Positions 1-10,657 of a stretch of DNA of 64,000 bases are shown in pieces. Within the stretch, counting starts at the first letter, position 1. The number at the start of each line of letters is the position of its first letter. Both the position numbers and the translations under genes were made by a program. Source of the DNA: an uncultured Desulfospira sp. (GTDB taxonomy: Bacteria > Desulfobacterota > Desulfobacteria > Desulfobacterales > Desulfobacteraceae); contig OY760175.1 in NCBI GenBank assembly GCA_963663165.1, forward strand, positions 2,400,001 to 2,464,000, given 5' to 3'. The notes under the pieces were generated by a model, which saw nothing but the letters and a program-made list of their open reading frames with translations, had not been told where the DNA came from and made no database searches.

Positions 1-1768
1 CACCGCCCTTTTCTCCCCCATGGGGTTTTATGTGGACGGTGTGGCGTCATCCTTGAGCTATATGCTTGACATGCCTTTATTCGACATTGAACAGGTGGAG
101 GTACTCAAAGGCCCCCAATCCACCCTGTACGGGAAAAACAGTTCCTCCGGGGTGATCAACATGACCCTTGCCTCCCAGGGCAATGAGTTCAGATCAAAGG
201 TGATGCTTGAAGCAGGCTCTTACAACACATTTACGGGCGGTGCCATGGTGGGCGGCCCCATTAAAGAGGATACCCTTTTTTATACCCTGTCTTTGCTTGG
301 CACAAGATCGGACGGGTATATGGACAACACCACCTTAGACAGTGATACGGCTAGCGATGACAGGACGTTTTCCGGCAGGGCCGGTCTGCGCTTCACCCCG
401 TCCGCGGATCTGGATATCGCCCTTTCCCTGGACGGCACTGACCGGGACATGGGCATTGATGAACTGCGCTATAAAGATGGTGTCAGTGCATCCGACCGGT
501 ATGATGTGGTGAACAACCAGGCGTCCCGGGCAGACCAGAAGAGCCTGAACCAGTCCGCCCACGTCAAATACAGTTTCAAGGATATGCAGCTTGCCTCCAT
601 CACCTCCCACCAGGATTTCAACCGGGAGCATACCATGGATTCGGACCGCAGTGCCTCAGCATTGGGGGTCTCCCATATCGACCTGGACCAGGAAATTTGG
701 GCCCAGGAGCTGCGGCTGTCCTCCAAGTCCCCGGGATTTTTCTCCTCCTGGCTGATCGGTGCCTGGGCCTCGTCTGAAAGCATTGACAATGACTGGCAGC
801 TTGACCATGTGCGGCCGGCACTTGCCAACCAGCGGATCACGGAATCAGACACCGACAGCCTGGCGCTCTTCGGCCAGGTCTCAAAAGCGTTGACCCGTCA
901 GCTCACAGCCACGGCTGGGCTTCGCCTGGACCACGTTTCAGCTTCCGGCACCCAGGACTACACCCGCACAGGCGCAACAACCCGGTTCAGCGAAGATATC
1001 AGCGATACCGAACTGTTGCCCATGGCATCCCTGTCCTGGAAATTCAACGACCAGGCCACCGGATATTTAAGTTATTCCACGGGCTGGATGGCCGGGGGAT
1101 ATGACTACTACTCGGCGGCTTCCCAGGCCGATTTTGCCTATGACCCCGAATTCACGCAAAATTTTGAGGCGGGTCTGAAAACCGCCTTTTTTGACAACCG
1201 GGTCCGGGCCAACCTGTCCGTTTTTTATACCGATATAGAAGACAAGCAGATCAGGGAAGAGGTGATCGGCGGCGGCGTGGGCGCCTGGAAAATCACCAAT
1301 GCGGCCAGTGCCCACACAAAAGGGGTGGAGCTTGAGATCCGGGCCCTTCCCACCCGCCATCTTGAGCTGTTCACAGGCCTTGGCTATACCCGGTCCGAAA
1401 TTGACGACTGGACAGGCACAGCGAATGGCCAGGCCATGGACTACAGCGGCAACACCCTGCCCTGGGCCCCGGATCTCACCGCCAATGCAGGTATCAGCTA
1501 TACCAGCGACAGCGGCTGGTATGGAAACATCCTGATCTTCTGGGCCGGAAAACAGTACTTTGATGCCGCCAACACCCTGGAAGACGACGGCTACGCACTG
1601 GTCAACCTGAAAACCGGCTACCGGTTCGGCCGGTACGACATCTCCATCTGGTGTAAAAATCTGTTTGACGAAGAATATGCCCAGAAAAAAGTCAAATCAA
1701 ACGGGTATACCCTGGTGGAAGACGGCGATCCCATGACAGTGGGTGTCACCCTTATCTGGAGGTTTTAA
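1..1768 (+). CDS. TonB-dependent receptor (5' end lies upstream of the window)
   Basis: Plug motif DIEQVEVLKGPQSTLYGKN, beta-barrel-like body and C-terminal WRF. The frame is open back to the window start. Confidence 0.93.
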   Translation, partial: TALFSPMGFYVDGVASSLSYMLDMPLFDIEQVEVLKGPQSTLYGKNSSSGVINMTLASQGNEFRSKVMLEAGSYNTFTGGAMVGGPIKEDTLFYTLSLLGTRSDGYMDNTTLDSDTASDDRTFSGRAGLRFTPSADLDIALSLDGTDRDMGIDELRYKDGVSASDRYDVVNNQASRADQKSLNQSAHVKYSFKDMQLASITSHQDFNREHTMDSDRSASALGVSHIDLDQEIWAQELRLSSKSPGFFSSWLIGAWASSESIDNDWQLDHVRPALANQRITESDTDSLALFGQVSKALTRQLTATAGLRLDHVSASGTQDYTRTGATTRFSEDISDTELLPMASLSWKFNDQATGYLSYSTGWMAGGYDYYSAASQADFAYDPEFTQNFEAGLKTAFFDNRVRANLSVFYTDIEDKQIREEVIGGGVGAWKITNAASAHTKGVELEIRALPTRHLELFTGLGYTRSEIDDWTGTANGQAMDYSGNTLPWAPDLTANAGISYTSDSGWYGNILIFWAGKQYFDAANTLEDDGYALVNLKTGYRFGRYDISIWCKNLFDEEYAQKKVKSNGYTLVEDGDPMTVGVTLIWRF

Positions 1769-1770
1769 TC

Positions 1771-2835
1771 ATGACCACAAAAAAAAGTTTCCCCCCGGCC
1801 CTTGGGCCTTTGTTCGATATCTTCACAGGCCCGGTCAAAATGGCGGTGATACAGGCGGCTATCGAATTGTCCATGGCCGATATCCTGGAAAGTGAAATGA
1901 CTGCGGACCAGGTGGCTGACAGGCTCAACGCCCGGGCCAACCCTACAGGCCTTTGCTGTTTTCTGGACAGCATGGCAGGCCTGGGGCTTTTGACCAAAAC
2001 CCAAGGGGTGTACAAAAACACTGAATTTACCAACGCCTATCTGCGCTCAAAAAGTCCCTTGTTCATGGGGCCGTTCATCGCGCGGATGACAGCCATGCAG
2101 CATAAGAACCTGGACAGAATCGCCCGGCTGGTCACAACCGGGCCGCCCTCCCTGGATGAAGAGCAGACCCTTCAGACCGAAGCCAGGTGGGAAAAAGCTG
2201 CCGCAGACCTGGCAGTATACCAGCAGGCAGGTGCGGCACTGAAAGCCTCCGACCTGATGTCCTCTCTGCCCGAATTTGAACAGGCGAAAAAACTTCTGGA
2301 CCTTGGCGGGGGACCGGGACTGATCGGGGCCACCATTGTCAGGCGGCATCCTTCTATGACCGGCGTGCTGCTGGATCTTGGCGCCATTATCCGCCAGGCG
2401 CAAAAACATATCCAAAACGTTGGCATGGCCGACCGGATCTCCTTTATTGCCGGAGACTATAATGAGGTGGACTTAGGATGCGGGTATGACCTGGTCTGGG
2501 CCAGCCATAATCTTTATTATGTTAAAGATAAACTTCACTTTTTCAAACGGCTGAAAAACGCCATGACGCCAAATGGTGTGCTGCTGTGCCTGCACGAGGG
2601 CCTTACCCATGAACGCACCCGGCCGGCCCCCATTATCCTGTCCCGGCTCTCCCTGGCCCTGGAAGGCCAGGATGTCTCCTTTAACAGGGGCGAGCTTGCA
2701 GACTACCTTCGCAGGGCGGGATTTGCCAATGTGGAGAGCCGGTCGGTGGAGTTTGGTTTTGGGGAAAGTGAGCTGGTTATTGCACGTATACAAAAGGCCG
2801 GGCAACAAAAGCCAAAGGAGCAGGGGCAGCCATGA
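1771..2835 (+). CDS. SAM-dependent O-methyltransferase with N-terminal dimerisation domain
   Basis: LLDLGGGPG SAM-binding motif, FIAGD motif, N-terminal winged-helix-like region. Confidence 0.88.
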   Translation: MTTKKSFPPALGPLFDIFTGPVKMAVIQAAIELSMADILESEMTADQVADRLNARANPTGLCCFLDSMAGLGLLTKTQGVYKNTEFTNAYLRSKSPLFMGPFIARMTAMQHKNLDRIARLVTTGPPSLDEEQTLQTEARWEKAAADLAVYQQAGAALKASDLMSSLPEFEQAKKLLDLGGGPGLIGATIVRRHPSMTGVLLDLGAIIRQAQKHIQNVGMADRISFIAGDYNEVDLGCGYDLVWASHNLYYVKDKLHFFKRLKNAMTPNGVLLCLHEGLTHERTRPAPIILSRLSLALEGQDVSFNRGELADYLRRAGFANVESRSVEFGFGESELVIARIQKAGQQKPKEQGQP

Positions 2836-3821
2836 AAATATCCGGCATGAAATGTTCCAGGATAACCCCGCCCCGGATGGTGCTGCTGGTTTTGGCCCTT
2901 GTTGTCAGCATGGCCCGCCCCGGTACCTGCGCACAGCGCTTCTGCATCACAGGCCCGGCGGTGGCTGAAAGCCTGGTTTTTGCCGTCATGGCAGAGCAGG
3001 AACTTGCAGGCCCCGGCATTGAATTTATCATGTGGAACTCGCCGGACCAGGCCCGGGCCATGATTGCCTCGGGCAGGACCCAGGCCTCTTTGATCACCAC
3101 CACCGGGGCGGCCACATTTTACAACAAAGGGGTCCGGGTGGGGATTGCCGGGGTGTTTTCATCTGCGCTGTGGGTGGTCAGCACCGAGACCTTTAACCGG
3201 ACGCCTTTGACCGGTACGATTCTCTTCCCCTTCGGCCCCGGGGAGATGCCCGGCCTTGTGTTCCGGGCCGCCATGGGGGAGAGCACACCAGACCTTGCCG
3301 TCCAGCATACGGGCGGGGCCATGGAAGCGGTCAACCGGCTGCTCATGGGCAGGGCAGGACACGCCCTGCTTGCGGAGCCTGCCGCCTCCCTGGCCGTGGT
3401 CCGTTCCAGGGAGCTGAACAATGCCCCCCGGTTGTTCAAGCACATGGATCTTCGGGACATCTGGTCCAAAAAGTTCAATGACCGCCCCTTGTGCGTAAGT
3501 TGCCTTGCACTTTTCGGTGATGCGGTTGACCGGCCGGACCGGATTAAAAAAATTATCAGCGGATACGGCCTTGCCCTGGAATGGATCAAGGCCCACCCAG
3601 AGCAAACCCATGCCTTGGCCGTTAAAAAATTTCCGGTCCTGGCGGTTTTGCCTACAGGCCGGTCCGGCGGTGCCGGTATCCTGCGAACAGACAACAACGC
3701 CTTGGATGGGGCCCGTTTTTTCCTTGAAAAAATTTTTGCCATGGATCCTGACGCCCTAGGCGGAAAACTGCCGGGCCCAGGACTGTTTATGAATCAGGCC
3801 AAGATGGGACAAAGATCTTAA
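2832..3821 (+). CDS. ABC transporter substrate-binding protein (NitT/TauT-like)
   Basis: Signal-peptide-like N-terminus and LLAEP motif; precedes the permease and ATPase genes. Confidence 0.75.
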   Translation: MKISGMKCSRITPPRMVLLVLALVVSMARPGTCAQRFCITGPAVAESLVFAVMAEQELAGPGIEFIMWNSPDQARAMIASGRTQASLITTTGAATFYNKGVRVGIAGVFSSALWVVSTETFNRTPLTGTILFPFGPGEMPGLVFRAAMGESTPDLAVQHTGGAMEAVNRLLMGRAGHALLAEPAASLAVVRSRELNNAPRLFKHMDLRDIWSKKFNDRPLCVSCLALFGDAVDRPDRIKKIISGYGLALEWIKAHPEQTHALAVKKFPVLAVLPTGRSGGAGILRTDNNALDGARFFLEKIFAMDPDALGGKLPGPGLFMNQAKMGQRS

Positions 3822-4592
3822 ATGGCATCCAAAACAAAGAAAACCCGTGTCAAGGTCCTGGTGTTCACGGTTCTGGGGGTGGCGGCCTTAGGTTTTGCCT
3901 GGCACAGGGCAGGGCTTGTTTTTTCAGGGCTGGTCGTGCCCCGCCCCATGGAAACAGTGGCGGCCGCAGCCCGCCTGCTGTGCGATCAAGCCTTTTGGGC
4001 AGACCATTTGTGGATCAGTCTGAAACGCATGGCCTTGGCCCTGGGGGCAGGCGTTGTCATCGGCTCAACGCTTGGGGTTTGTGCAGGGCTTGTGCCCTGG
4101 TTCCGGGCCTTTGTGGAGCCTTTGCGCTGGATTCTGACCACCGTGCCCGGGGTGGTGATCGTCATTGTGTTCATGCTCTGGTTCGGCATGGGCGACACCA
4201 TGGTGATCGCCATTGCATCCGCCATGGGCGCCCCCATTATTTTTGTCAATCTGGCCGATGCCATGGCCCGGGTGGATGATCAACTGCTGGAAATGGCAAA
4301 GGCCTACCGGCTCAGCCCCTGGACCCGGCTGACAAAAATCTATGCCATGGCCGGGGCAGGCCCCTTTTTTTCCGCTCTGGTCCTGGCCGCCGGCACCATT
4401 GTCCGGGTGGCGGTGCTGGCCGAAGTGCTGGGGGCGGCCCAGGGCATCGGCCACTGCATGGCCGTTGCCCGGACCCGGCTGGACACACCGGCCCTGTATG
4501 CCCTGGCACTGATCAGCATGTGTGCGGCAGGCGGTGCGGAATTTTTCATCTTCCGCCCCCTGGAACGGCGCATGACCGGCCGGTGGAAATGA
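3822..4592 (+). CDS. ABC transporter permease (NitT/TauT-like)
   Basis: Several TM helices, EAA-like loop LLEMAKAY, and AEVLGAAQGIG motif. Confidence 0.88.
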   Translation: MASKTKKTRVKVLVFTVLGVAALGFAWHRAGLVFSGLVVPRPMETVAAAARLLCDQAFWADHLWISLKRMALALGAGVVIGSTLGVCAGLVPWFRAFVEPLRWILTTVPGVVIVIVFMLWFGMGDTMVIAIASAMGAPIIFVNLADAMARVDDQLLEMAKAYRLSPWTRLTKIYAMAGAGPFFSALVLAAGTIVRVAVLAEVLGAAQGIGHCMAVARTRLDTPALYALALISMCAAGGAEFFIFRPLERRMTGRWK

Positions 4593-4628
4593 CACATAAA
4601 AAAAGAAGCATAAAATAAGCATCCTGCC

Positions 4629-5285
4629 ATGAACACCCCTTTGGAATATGAAAAAGACAAGGCAGTCCCATCGGATCCTGTCCTGATTTTTGACGATGTA
4701 ACAATGGCCTTTGGCAAAAGAACGCTTTTTGAAAGGTTCAGCCTGACACTGGGCCCCGGGGAGGTGATCGGTCTTCACGGCCCCAGCGGAACCGGAAAAT
4801 CCACCCTGCTGAAAATGGCCGCAGGGTTGATCTGCCCGGTGAAAGGCCGGGTAACAGGGCCAAAGGGACCCATGGGGTATGTATTCCAGGAACCCCGGCT
4901 CATCCCATGGTACACGGCCCTGGAAAACATCTGTATTGCCCTGACGGCCCGGGGGCTGACCATGGCTGACGCCCGCAGGACAGCCGCCAGGCATCTTTCA
5001 GACATGGGCCTGGAATCCTTTGAAAATCACTACCCGGGACAGCTGTCCGGGGGCATGAACCAGCGGGTCTCCATGGCCCGGGCCCTGGCCGTCAATCCCA
5101 CCTTACTGCTGCTGGACGAACCCTTCACCGGCCTGGACCCGGCCTTGAAATCCCACGTCCGGGAAACCCTTGCCAGGACAGTGGCGGACCAGGGCATCAG
5201 CGTTCTCCATGTCACCCATGACACCAATGAGTTTCTGCCGGCCACCCGGAAACTGATCCGCCTTGGCCCCGGGCAGTGGTGTTGA
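4629..5285 (+). CDS. ABC transporter ATP-binding protein
   Basis: Walker A GPSGTGKST, signature LSGGM, Walker B LLLLDEP, H-loop VTHD. Confidence 0.93.
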   Translation: MNTPLEYEKDKAVPSDPVLIFDDVTMAFGKRTLFERFSLTLGPGEVIGLHGPSGTGKSTLLKMAAGLICPVKGRVTGPKGPMGYVFQEPRLIPWYTALENICIALTARGLTMADARRTAARHLSDMGLESFENHYPGQLSGGMNQRVSMARALAVNPTLLLLDEPFTGLDPALKSHVRETLARTVADQGISVLHVTHDTNEFLPATRKLIRLGPGQWC

Positions 5286-5439
5286 GCCGGTGGGCAAGTG
5301 CCACCATGGTTTTTATTTTTCACCGGTTCGTCAATGGCTTTTTGAATATGCAGTTCATGATCCGGGGTTATTTTTCTTTGCCTCTGCCGCTCTCACCTAC
5401 CATGGTGTGGTATTCTTTGGGCAGGGCTAAGATAAAATC
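5277..5439 (-). pseudogene. Relic fragment of an ABC exporter gene (degenerate copy of 14232-14475 with an internal deletion)
   Basis: Near-identical blocks TGGTGTTGAGCCGGTGGGCAA...TTCGTCAATGGCTTTTTGAATATGCAGTTCAT and CCTACCATGGTGTG...CTTTGGGCAGGGC.AAGATAAAATC are shared with 14232-14475. Confidence 0.8.
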
Positions 5440-5602
5440 TTAGGCATTAAATTTTGCTTTCAACAATCTGAAAGTTGCTTACACAATCAGCCTGTCCCCT
5501 TTATTTCAGCTTTATCAAAAAACATGTAAAAACAATTAGTTATCATCGCATTACATTCTATTTTAACGGTTTTTAACAGTAATTTTCTCATAAAAAAAAC
5601 AG

Positions 5603-8392
5603 ATGTTTTGTGATAGACATGTGCTGGTTTATATAAGAGTGGTGGATGTTAAATTCGGTATGCAGCAGACATGGGAGAATCTTAAGCAATTTATGTTGAA
5701 AAGATTTGTGGAGATTTGTTTAATCACGGCTGAGCTGAACAAATCCAAAAGATTGTGGCGGCGGCTCTTTCCTATTATTTTTTTATCTTTTATCTTCTGC
5801 CACACCGCCTGGGCAAGTCCGGTTCTGAACATGAGGATCACCAACGTCAGGGGCAATCAGTTTACCGTGTCCTGGACCACGGCAGACAACGTTGTGGGAG
5901 AGGTGCGCTACGGTTCATCCATCTTAGATACGGATACCTGGACGAGTGCATCTGATTACAGAGGCTCCGTATCCGATGACGTTCACCATGTCACCATATC
6001 GAACCTCACACCTGAACAGACTGTTTATTTTGAAATCATTTCAGGCACAACCACCGATAATAACGGTAGCGCCTATTACAGCATCAATCCAGGACCCGCC
6101 ATTACCCCGCCCCCCGGATCATGCCAGCCTGCCGGAAAAGTGTTCAAGGATACCGGAAAAACAAGCCCGGCCTATGCCACCATTGTCTATGTCACCATTA
6201 AAGGCGATCCCGACTCAGCCACAGAATCGGTTATGGTGACCTCGGGTACTTCCGGATACTGGTTCCTGGAACTTTCCAATTTTAGAACAGCAGATTATAG
6301 CGCACTTTACAATACCGACATCGAATCGGTCTGCGGCACCCAGGAGATTCTGGTGGAAGCACAGGCAGGCAACAATGGCACCGCCCAGATGACGACCTTT
6401 TCCCAGGATTATCTGGAAAACGGGCTGCTTACAGCTTTAATTCTGGTGCCTGCCGCAACCCTTTCCACCACGGCAACTGATCCCACAAACGAGTCTCCCA
6501 TCCCGTTGACTGTGACCTTCAGCGAGCAGGTGACAGGATTTACCATTGACGACCTTGTGGTCGGCAACGGCACGGCCGCTGATCTTACCGAAATAACAAC
6601 CGGACAGGTATACAGCGTTAACATCACCCCCACAGCCGATGGCGAGGTCACCGTGGATATCGGTGCCGATGCTGCCCTGGACGCGGATGGAAACGCCGGC
6701 ACCGCAGCCGATCAGCTTACCCTGACCTATGACGGCACCCCGCCCTCGGTAACCCTTTCCACCACGGTTTCAAGTCCTGTCAACGCATCCCCCATCCCGG
6801 TCACCGTGACCTTCAGCGAACAGGTGACCGGATTTACCATTGATGACCTTGTGGTCGGCAATGGCACGGCTGCTGATTTTACCGAAACAACAGCCGGACA
6901 GGAATGGAGCGTTAACATCACCCCCACAGCCGATGGCGAGGTCACCGTGGATGTCGGTGCAGACGCGGCCCTGGACGCTGCGGGAAGCGGCAGCACCGCA
7001 GCCGTCCAGCTCAGCCTGACCTATGACGCCACCTCGCCTTCGGTAACCCTTTCCACTACAGCAACCGATCCCACAAACGAATCCCCCATACCGGTCACCG
7101 TGACCTTCAGTGAAAAGGTGACAGGGTTTGCCATTGACGACCTTGTGGTCGGAAACGGCACGGCTGCTGATTTCACCGAAAACACAACCGCACAGGTATG
7201 GACCGTTAACATCACCCCGGCAGTCGATGGCGAGGTCACCGTGGATATCGGTGCAGGCGCGGCCCTGGACGCTGTGGGAAAGGCCAGCACCGCAGCCGTT
7301 CAGCTCAGCCGGACCTATGACAGCACCATCGACACGGTGGATACGGACACGGACAACGACGGCCTTTCCGACGAGTGGGAAACCGCAAACGGCACAGACC
7401 CCGACAATCCGGACACGGACGGAGACGGCCTTTTTGACGGGGATGAAATCGAGGCAGGAGAAGATCCCGCAACGTACTCCGGGCCGGGGATTGCCCAACT
7501 GGTCTCCCCCATGGGCGGGGATGTTGCTGAGCTGCCGGTGCAACTCTTGGTGGAATATGCGGCGTCGGCCGACCCGGACATGCACGGGTCCACCCGGTGG
7601 CAGATCGCTTTGGACAGCGATTTTTCAACCGTGATTCTGGATATCTCGTCGGAAGAGCACCTGCTGCTTCTAAGGGTTCCGGAACAGGTTCTCACGGCGG
7701 AGACAGCCTGCTTCTGGCGTGCCAGATTTGTGGGGACAAACGGGTATGAAAGGGCGTGGTCTGATGTGGCATCTTTCACCACCGGGTCAGCCGCCTTTGA
7801 AGACAACAACGCAAACGGCATTCCAGACGACCAGGAGGCCTTGGACGATGAAACCATGGATATGGTTCCGGAAACCGGGGAGGACTGGGATGAGACCCTG
7901 CACAGCATCTCCATTCTAGGCGACTATGGCACCCCGATCGTGTCAAGCCTCCAGCTTCACAGCGACACAGATCTTGAATACTTCGGCCACACGGCAACTG
8001 CCGATCTCCAGGATGAAGATGCCAACACCTGTCCGGGGGATCTTATCATGGGCGTTTTTACCTTCCGGCTAAAAGTGCCCGAAGCCGGGGCCACCACCGC
8101 TGTCCGTCTCTGTTTTTCGCCGTCGCTTCTGGATGACAGCACCCTTTATTACAAATTCGACACGGTATCCGGCTGGGTCGACTACAGCGATGCCGTCAGT
8201 ACCGGTGATGATCCGGCCTGTATCACCGTGGAAATTACGGACGGCGGTTTCTGGGATGCCGACGGCGTTGCCAACGCAATCATCGTGGATCCCCTGGGGG
8301 CCGCCACGGAAAAGATCGGGGATAATGGCGAAGATGGCAGAACCGGCGGAGGAAATGGCGGGTGTTTTATCAACAGCCTGATAAATTTTTAA
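5603..8392 (+). CDS. Large secreted/surface protein: Fn3-like domain, three Ig-like repeats, Asp-rich Ca-binding repeats, choice-of-anchor-U-like domain and GGCFI C-terminal motif (true start probably downstream of 5603)
   Basis: Signal peptide ending ...FCHTAWA, three 98-aa repeats (VTFSE.VTGF), DTDNDGLSD and DTDGDGLFDG, DGGFWDADGVANAIIVDP, and the ending GGGNGGCFINSL. Confidence 0.8.
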   Translation: MFCDRHVLVYIRVVDVKFGMQQTWENLKQFMLKRFVEICLITAELNKSKRLWRRLFPIIFLSFIFCHTAWASPVLNMRITNVRGNQFTVSWTTADNVVGEVRYGSSILDTDTWTSASDYRGSVSDDVHHVTISNLTPEQTVYFEIISGTTTDNNGSAYYSINPGPAITPPPGSCQPAGKVFKDTGKTSPAYATIVYVTIKGDPDSATESVMVTSGTSGYWFLELSNFRTADYSALYNTDIESVCGTQEILVEAQAGNNGTAQMTTFSQDYLENGLLTALILVPAATLSTTATDPTNESPIPLTVTFSEQVTGFTIDDLVVGNGTAADLTEITTGQVYSVNITPTADGEVTVDIGADAALDADGNAGTAADQLTLTYDGTPPSVTLSTTVSSPVNASPIPVTVTFSEQVTGFTIDDLVVGNGTAADFTETTAGQEWSVNITPTADGEVTVDVGADAALDAAGSGSTAAVQLSLTYDATSPSVTLSTTATDPTNESPIPVTVTFSEKVTGFAIDDLVVGNGTAADFTENTTAQVWTVNITPAVDGEVTVDIGAGAALDAVGKASTAAVQLSRTYDSTIDTVDTDTDNDGLSDEWETANGTDPDNPDTDGDGLFDGDEIEAGEDPATYSGPGIAQLVSPMGGDVAELPVQLLVEYAASADPDMHGSTRWQIALDSDFSTVILDISSEEHLLLLRVPEQVLTAETACFWRARFVGTNGYERAWSDVASFTTGSAAFEDNNANGIPDDQEALDDETMDMVPETGEDWDETLHSISILGDYGTPIVSSLQLHSDTDLEYFGHTATADLQDEDANTCPGDLIMGVFTFRLKVPEAGATTAVRLCFSPSLLDDSTLYYKFDTVSGWVDYSDAVSTGDDPACITVEITDGGFWDADGVANAIIVDPLGAATEKIGDNGEDGRTGGGNGGCFINSLINF
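6457..7322 (+). repeat. Three intragenic tandem repeats with a 294-bp period (Ig-like domains)
   Basis: AACCCTTTCCAC recurs at 6457, 6751 and 7045. Confidence 0.92.
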
Positions 8393-8775
8393 TAAACGAT
8401 CTGTTTCAACCTGGGATAAAAGGAAGAACCATTATGAAAAACCCCCTGGCCGGTTTTATTGCTGTCTGGCTTGTGCTGCTCACCTTCGGGGCGGCTGCAA
8501 CCCCCTGCCTTGCCACCGACGTGACGATATCCAAAATGGTGGGCAACCCCCCGACATTGAATATGAAGATAGGCATTTCCGTCACCATTTCTCCTTGTGA
8601 TACCACCAAGTATTACTACAATTATTATTATATCGACGAGGCCGAGGGCGTAACAGTGTTACTTGAGGAACGCGCTACTGAATGTAAAAATCACGAAATG
8701 TCCATCAGCATGCCCAAAAACTTTTTGCTGGACAACCCTGTATACTTTAAGGTGAAAGTTTCTTCGGAATTGTCA

Positions 8776-10156
8776 GGGCCTCAGAAAAATTAATATCCAC
8801 AATTCCATAGTCTGAATTCTAATTTCTATAGACAACATGGAATCGATAGTTTATGGTCAACATGGAAGATTACATAAAAAATACAGGAGGACCATGTTTG
8901 ATCATTCTAAGCACAATTTACCCAAAACTATATCGGAATTAACGCCACCACTAAAGGATTTTCTGAATACCACTCGAAGCAAATTAAAAGGCCATGAACG
9001 GCGCCAATTCATGGCACGCGTTGTCTCCCTTATGGGGCACGGCGGACAACTAAAGGCTGAAAGAGAACTGGGTTGGGATCGGAAAACAATAATCAAAGGG
9101 CGACGGGAAATAGAAAGCGGAGTTACCTGTGTTGATAATTTTTCCGGACGAGGCCGGAAATCGTGTTTAGAACATTTTCCGAATTTAAAAGAGGACATAA
9201 CTCGTATTGTAAACCCTATATGTCAGACTGATCCTACATTCCGTACCCAGAATTTATATTCCCCAATATCTGCGAATGAAGTATTCCGTCGATTAGTTGA
9301 CGACATGGGATATGACCCTGAGAATATGCCAACAGTACGGACTCTATCCACCATAATGAATAAATTGGGTTTTAAACTGAAGAAGGTCGCCAAAGCCAAG
9401 GTAAAAAAAAAATTCCTGAAACAGACATCATTTTTGAATATGTGCATAGGACAAACCAACTAGCCGATGAAACAGATGGCGTTTTACGTATCTCAATGGA
9501 CGCAAAAGCCACTATTAAAATAGGGCCTTATTCCCGAGGCGGATATAGTCGTTGCAATCTTAAAGCGGCGGACCATGATTTTAAACCCGATTCCCTTTTG
9601 AAACTTTTCGGTATCAACATACCTGCTCTGGATGAAAATTATATGTACTTCACTGAAAGCAACATCACCTCTGATTTCATGATTGATGCGCTGGAATCAC
9701 TCTGGCCTTCTTTGAACGCAAGATTCGCCCCACATACACTGGTGATCAATCTTGATAATGGGCCGGAAAATAGTAGCCGAAGGAGCCAATTCATTAGTCG
9801 CCTCGTGGACTTTGCCAAATCAGCATTTGTAAATATTAGTTTGGTGTACTATCCCCCGTACCACAGTAAATACAACCCAATAGAGCGAGTTTGGGGTGTT
9901 TTGGAAAATCATTGGAAAGGCGAATTGCTGAACAAAATTGAAAAGGTTCTCGGTCTATGTCGAACAATGACATGGAAAGGAGAAAATCCTGTCGTCAAAT
10001 TAATCAAAGGTGTTTACCCGACAGGGGTACGTTTGGTCAAGTCCGCCGTGAATAATATAGAAAACAAAATTATTCGGATTCCAGGGATTGAAAAATGGGC
10101 TGTTGATATTCCATGCTATGAGGAATGAATTGTGGGTTTTAATTTTACCACATCCC
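8776..10156 (+). mobile_element. ISAzo13-family insertion sequence (1381 bp)
   Basis: Imperfect terminal inverted repeats GGGCCTCAGAAAAATTAATATCCACAATTC / GAATTGTGGGTTTTAATTTTACCACATCCC. A 3-bp TCA duplication lies at 8773-8775 and 10157-10159. The interior is AT-rich. Confidence 0.9.
8894..10128 (+). CDS. ISAzo13-family DDE transposase, split into two ORFs joined by a -1 shift at an A10 run
   Basis: Motifs QTDPTF, KKIPETD, ISMDAK, DNGPENSSRR and YYPPYHSKYNPIERVW. The A10 run is at 9403-9412. Confidence 0.88.
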
Positions 10157-10657
10157 TCAGAGATTGGCGAAGCGCAAATGGATATCAGGGACTGTGAACT
10201 TGGTGGTGAGTGGGTTCGCGCCACGATTTCCTATAAACAGCCATACGAGTTCACCCCGGGCTGGAACCTGAAGTGCCTGCCCTGCGAACACAATGGAGAC
10301 ATCAGCTCGGCCTCCAAATGGTTGAGCGAACTCAGGGACCAGGGCGTTTTGGCCACAAAAATCAGGCGCTGGACCGGCAGTGCCTGGCAGACCTATACCC
10401 TGGGGGATACGTCCGGCGATTTTGACATCAGCCTTGGCTGGGGCTATTTCATCTATTCGGAGTCATCTGGTTCGTGGTCGAGGAAAGCCTTTCCTATAGG
10501 ATATGGAGCTTGGCTTCAATCAGGTTGTGGCGACTGCTGGGATCTCACTTTTGAAGACGGCTGGAATCTTGTGGGCGGCTACCTGTTTAACCAGACCACG
10601 GCCAAAAGCCTGCTTTACCGGCTGCAAAGCAAAGGCATCGACAAAATCATGAGATGG

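Noticed and set aside
6457..7322. CRISPR array
   Set aside because: The repeats are 294-bp in-frame coding units with no unique spacers. No cas genes or spacer-repeat arrays were seen anywhere in the window.
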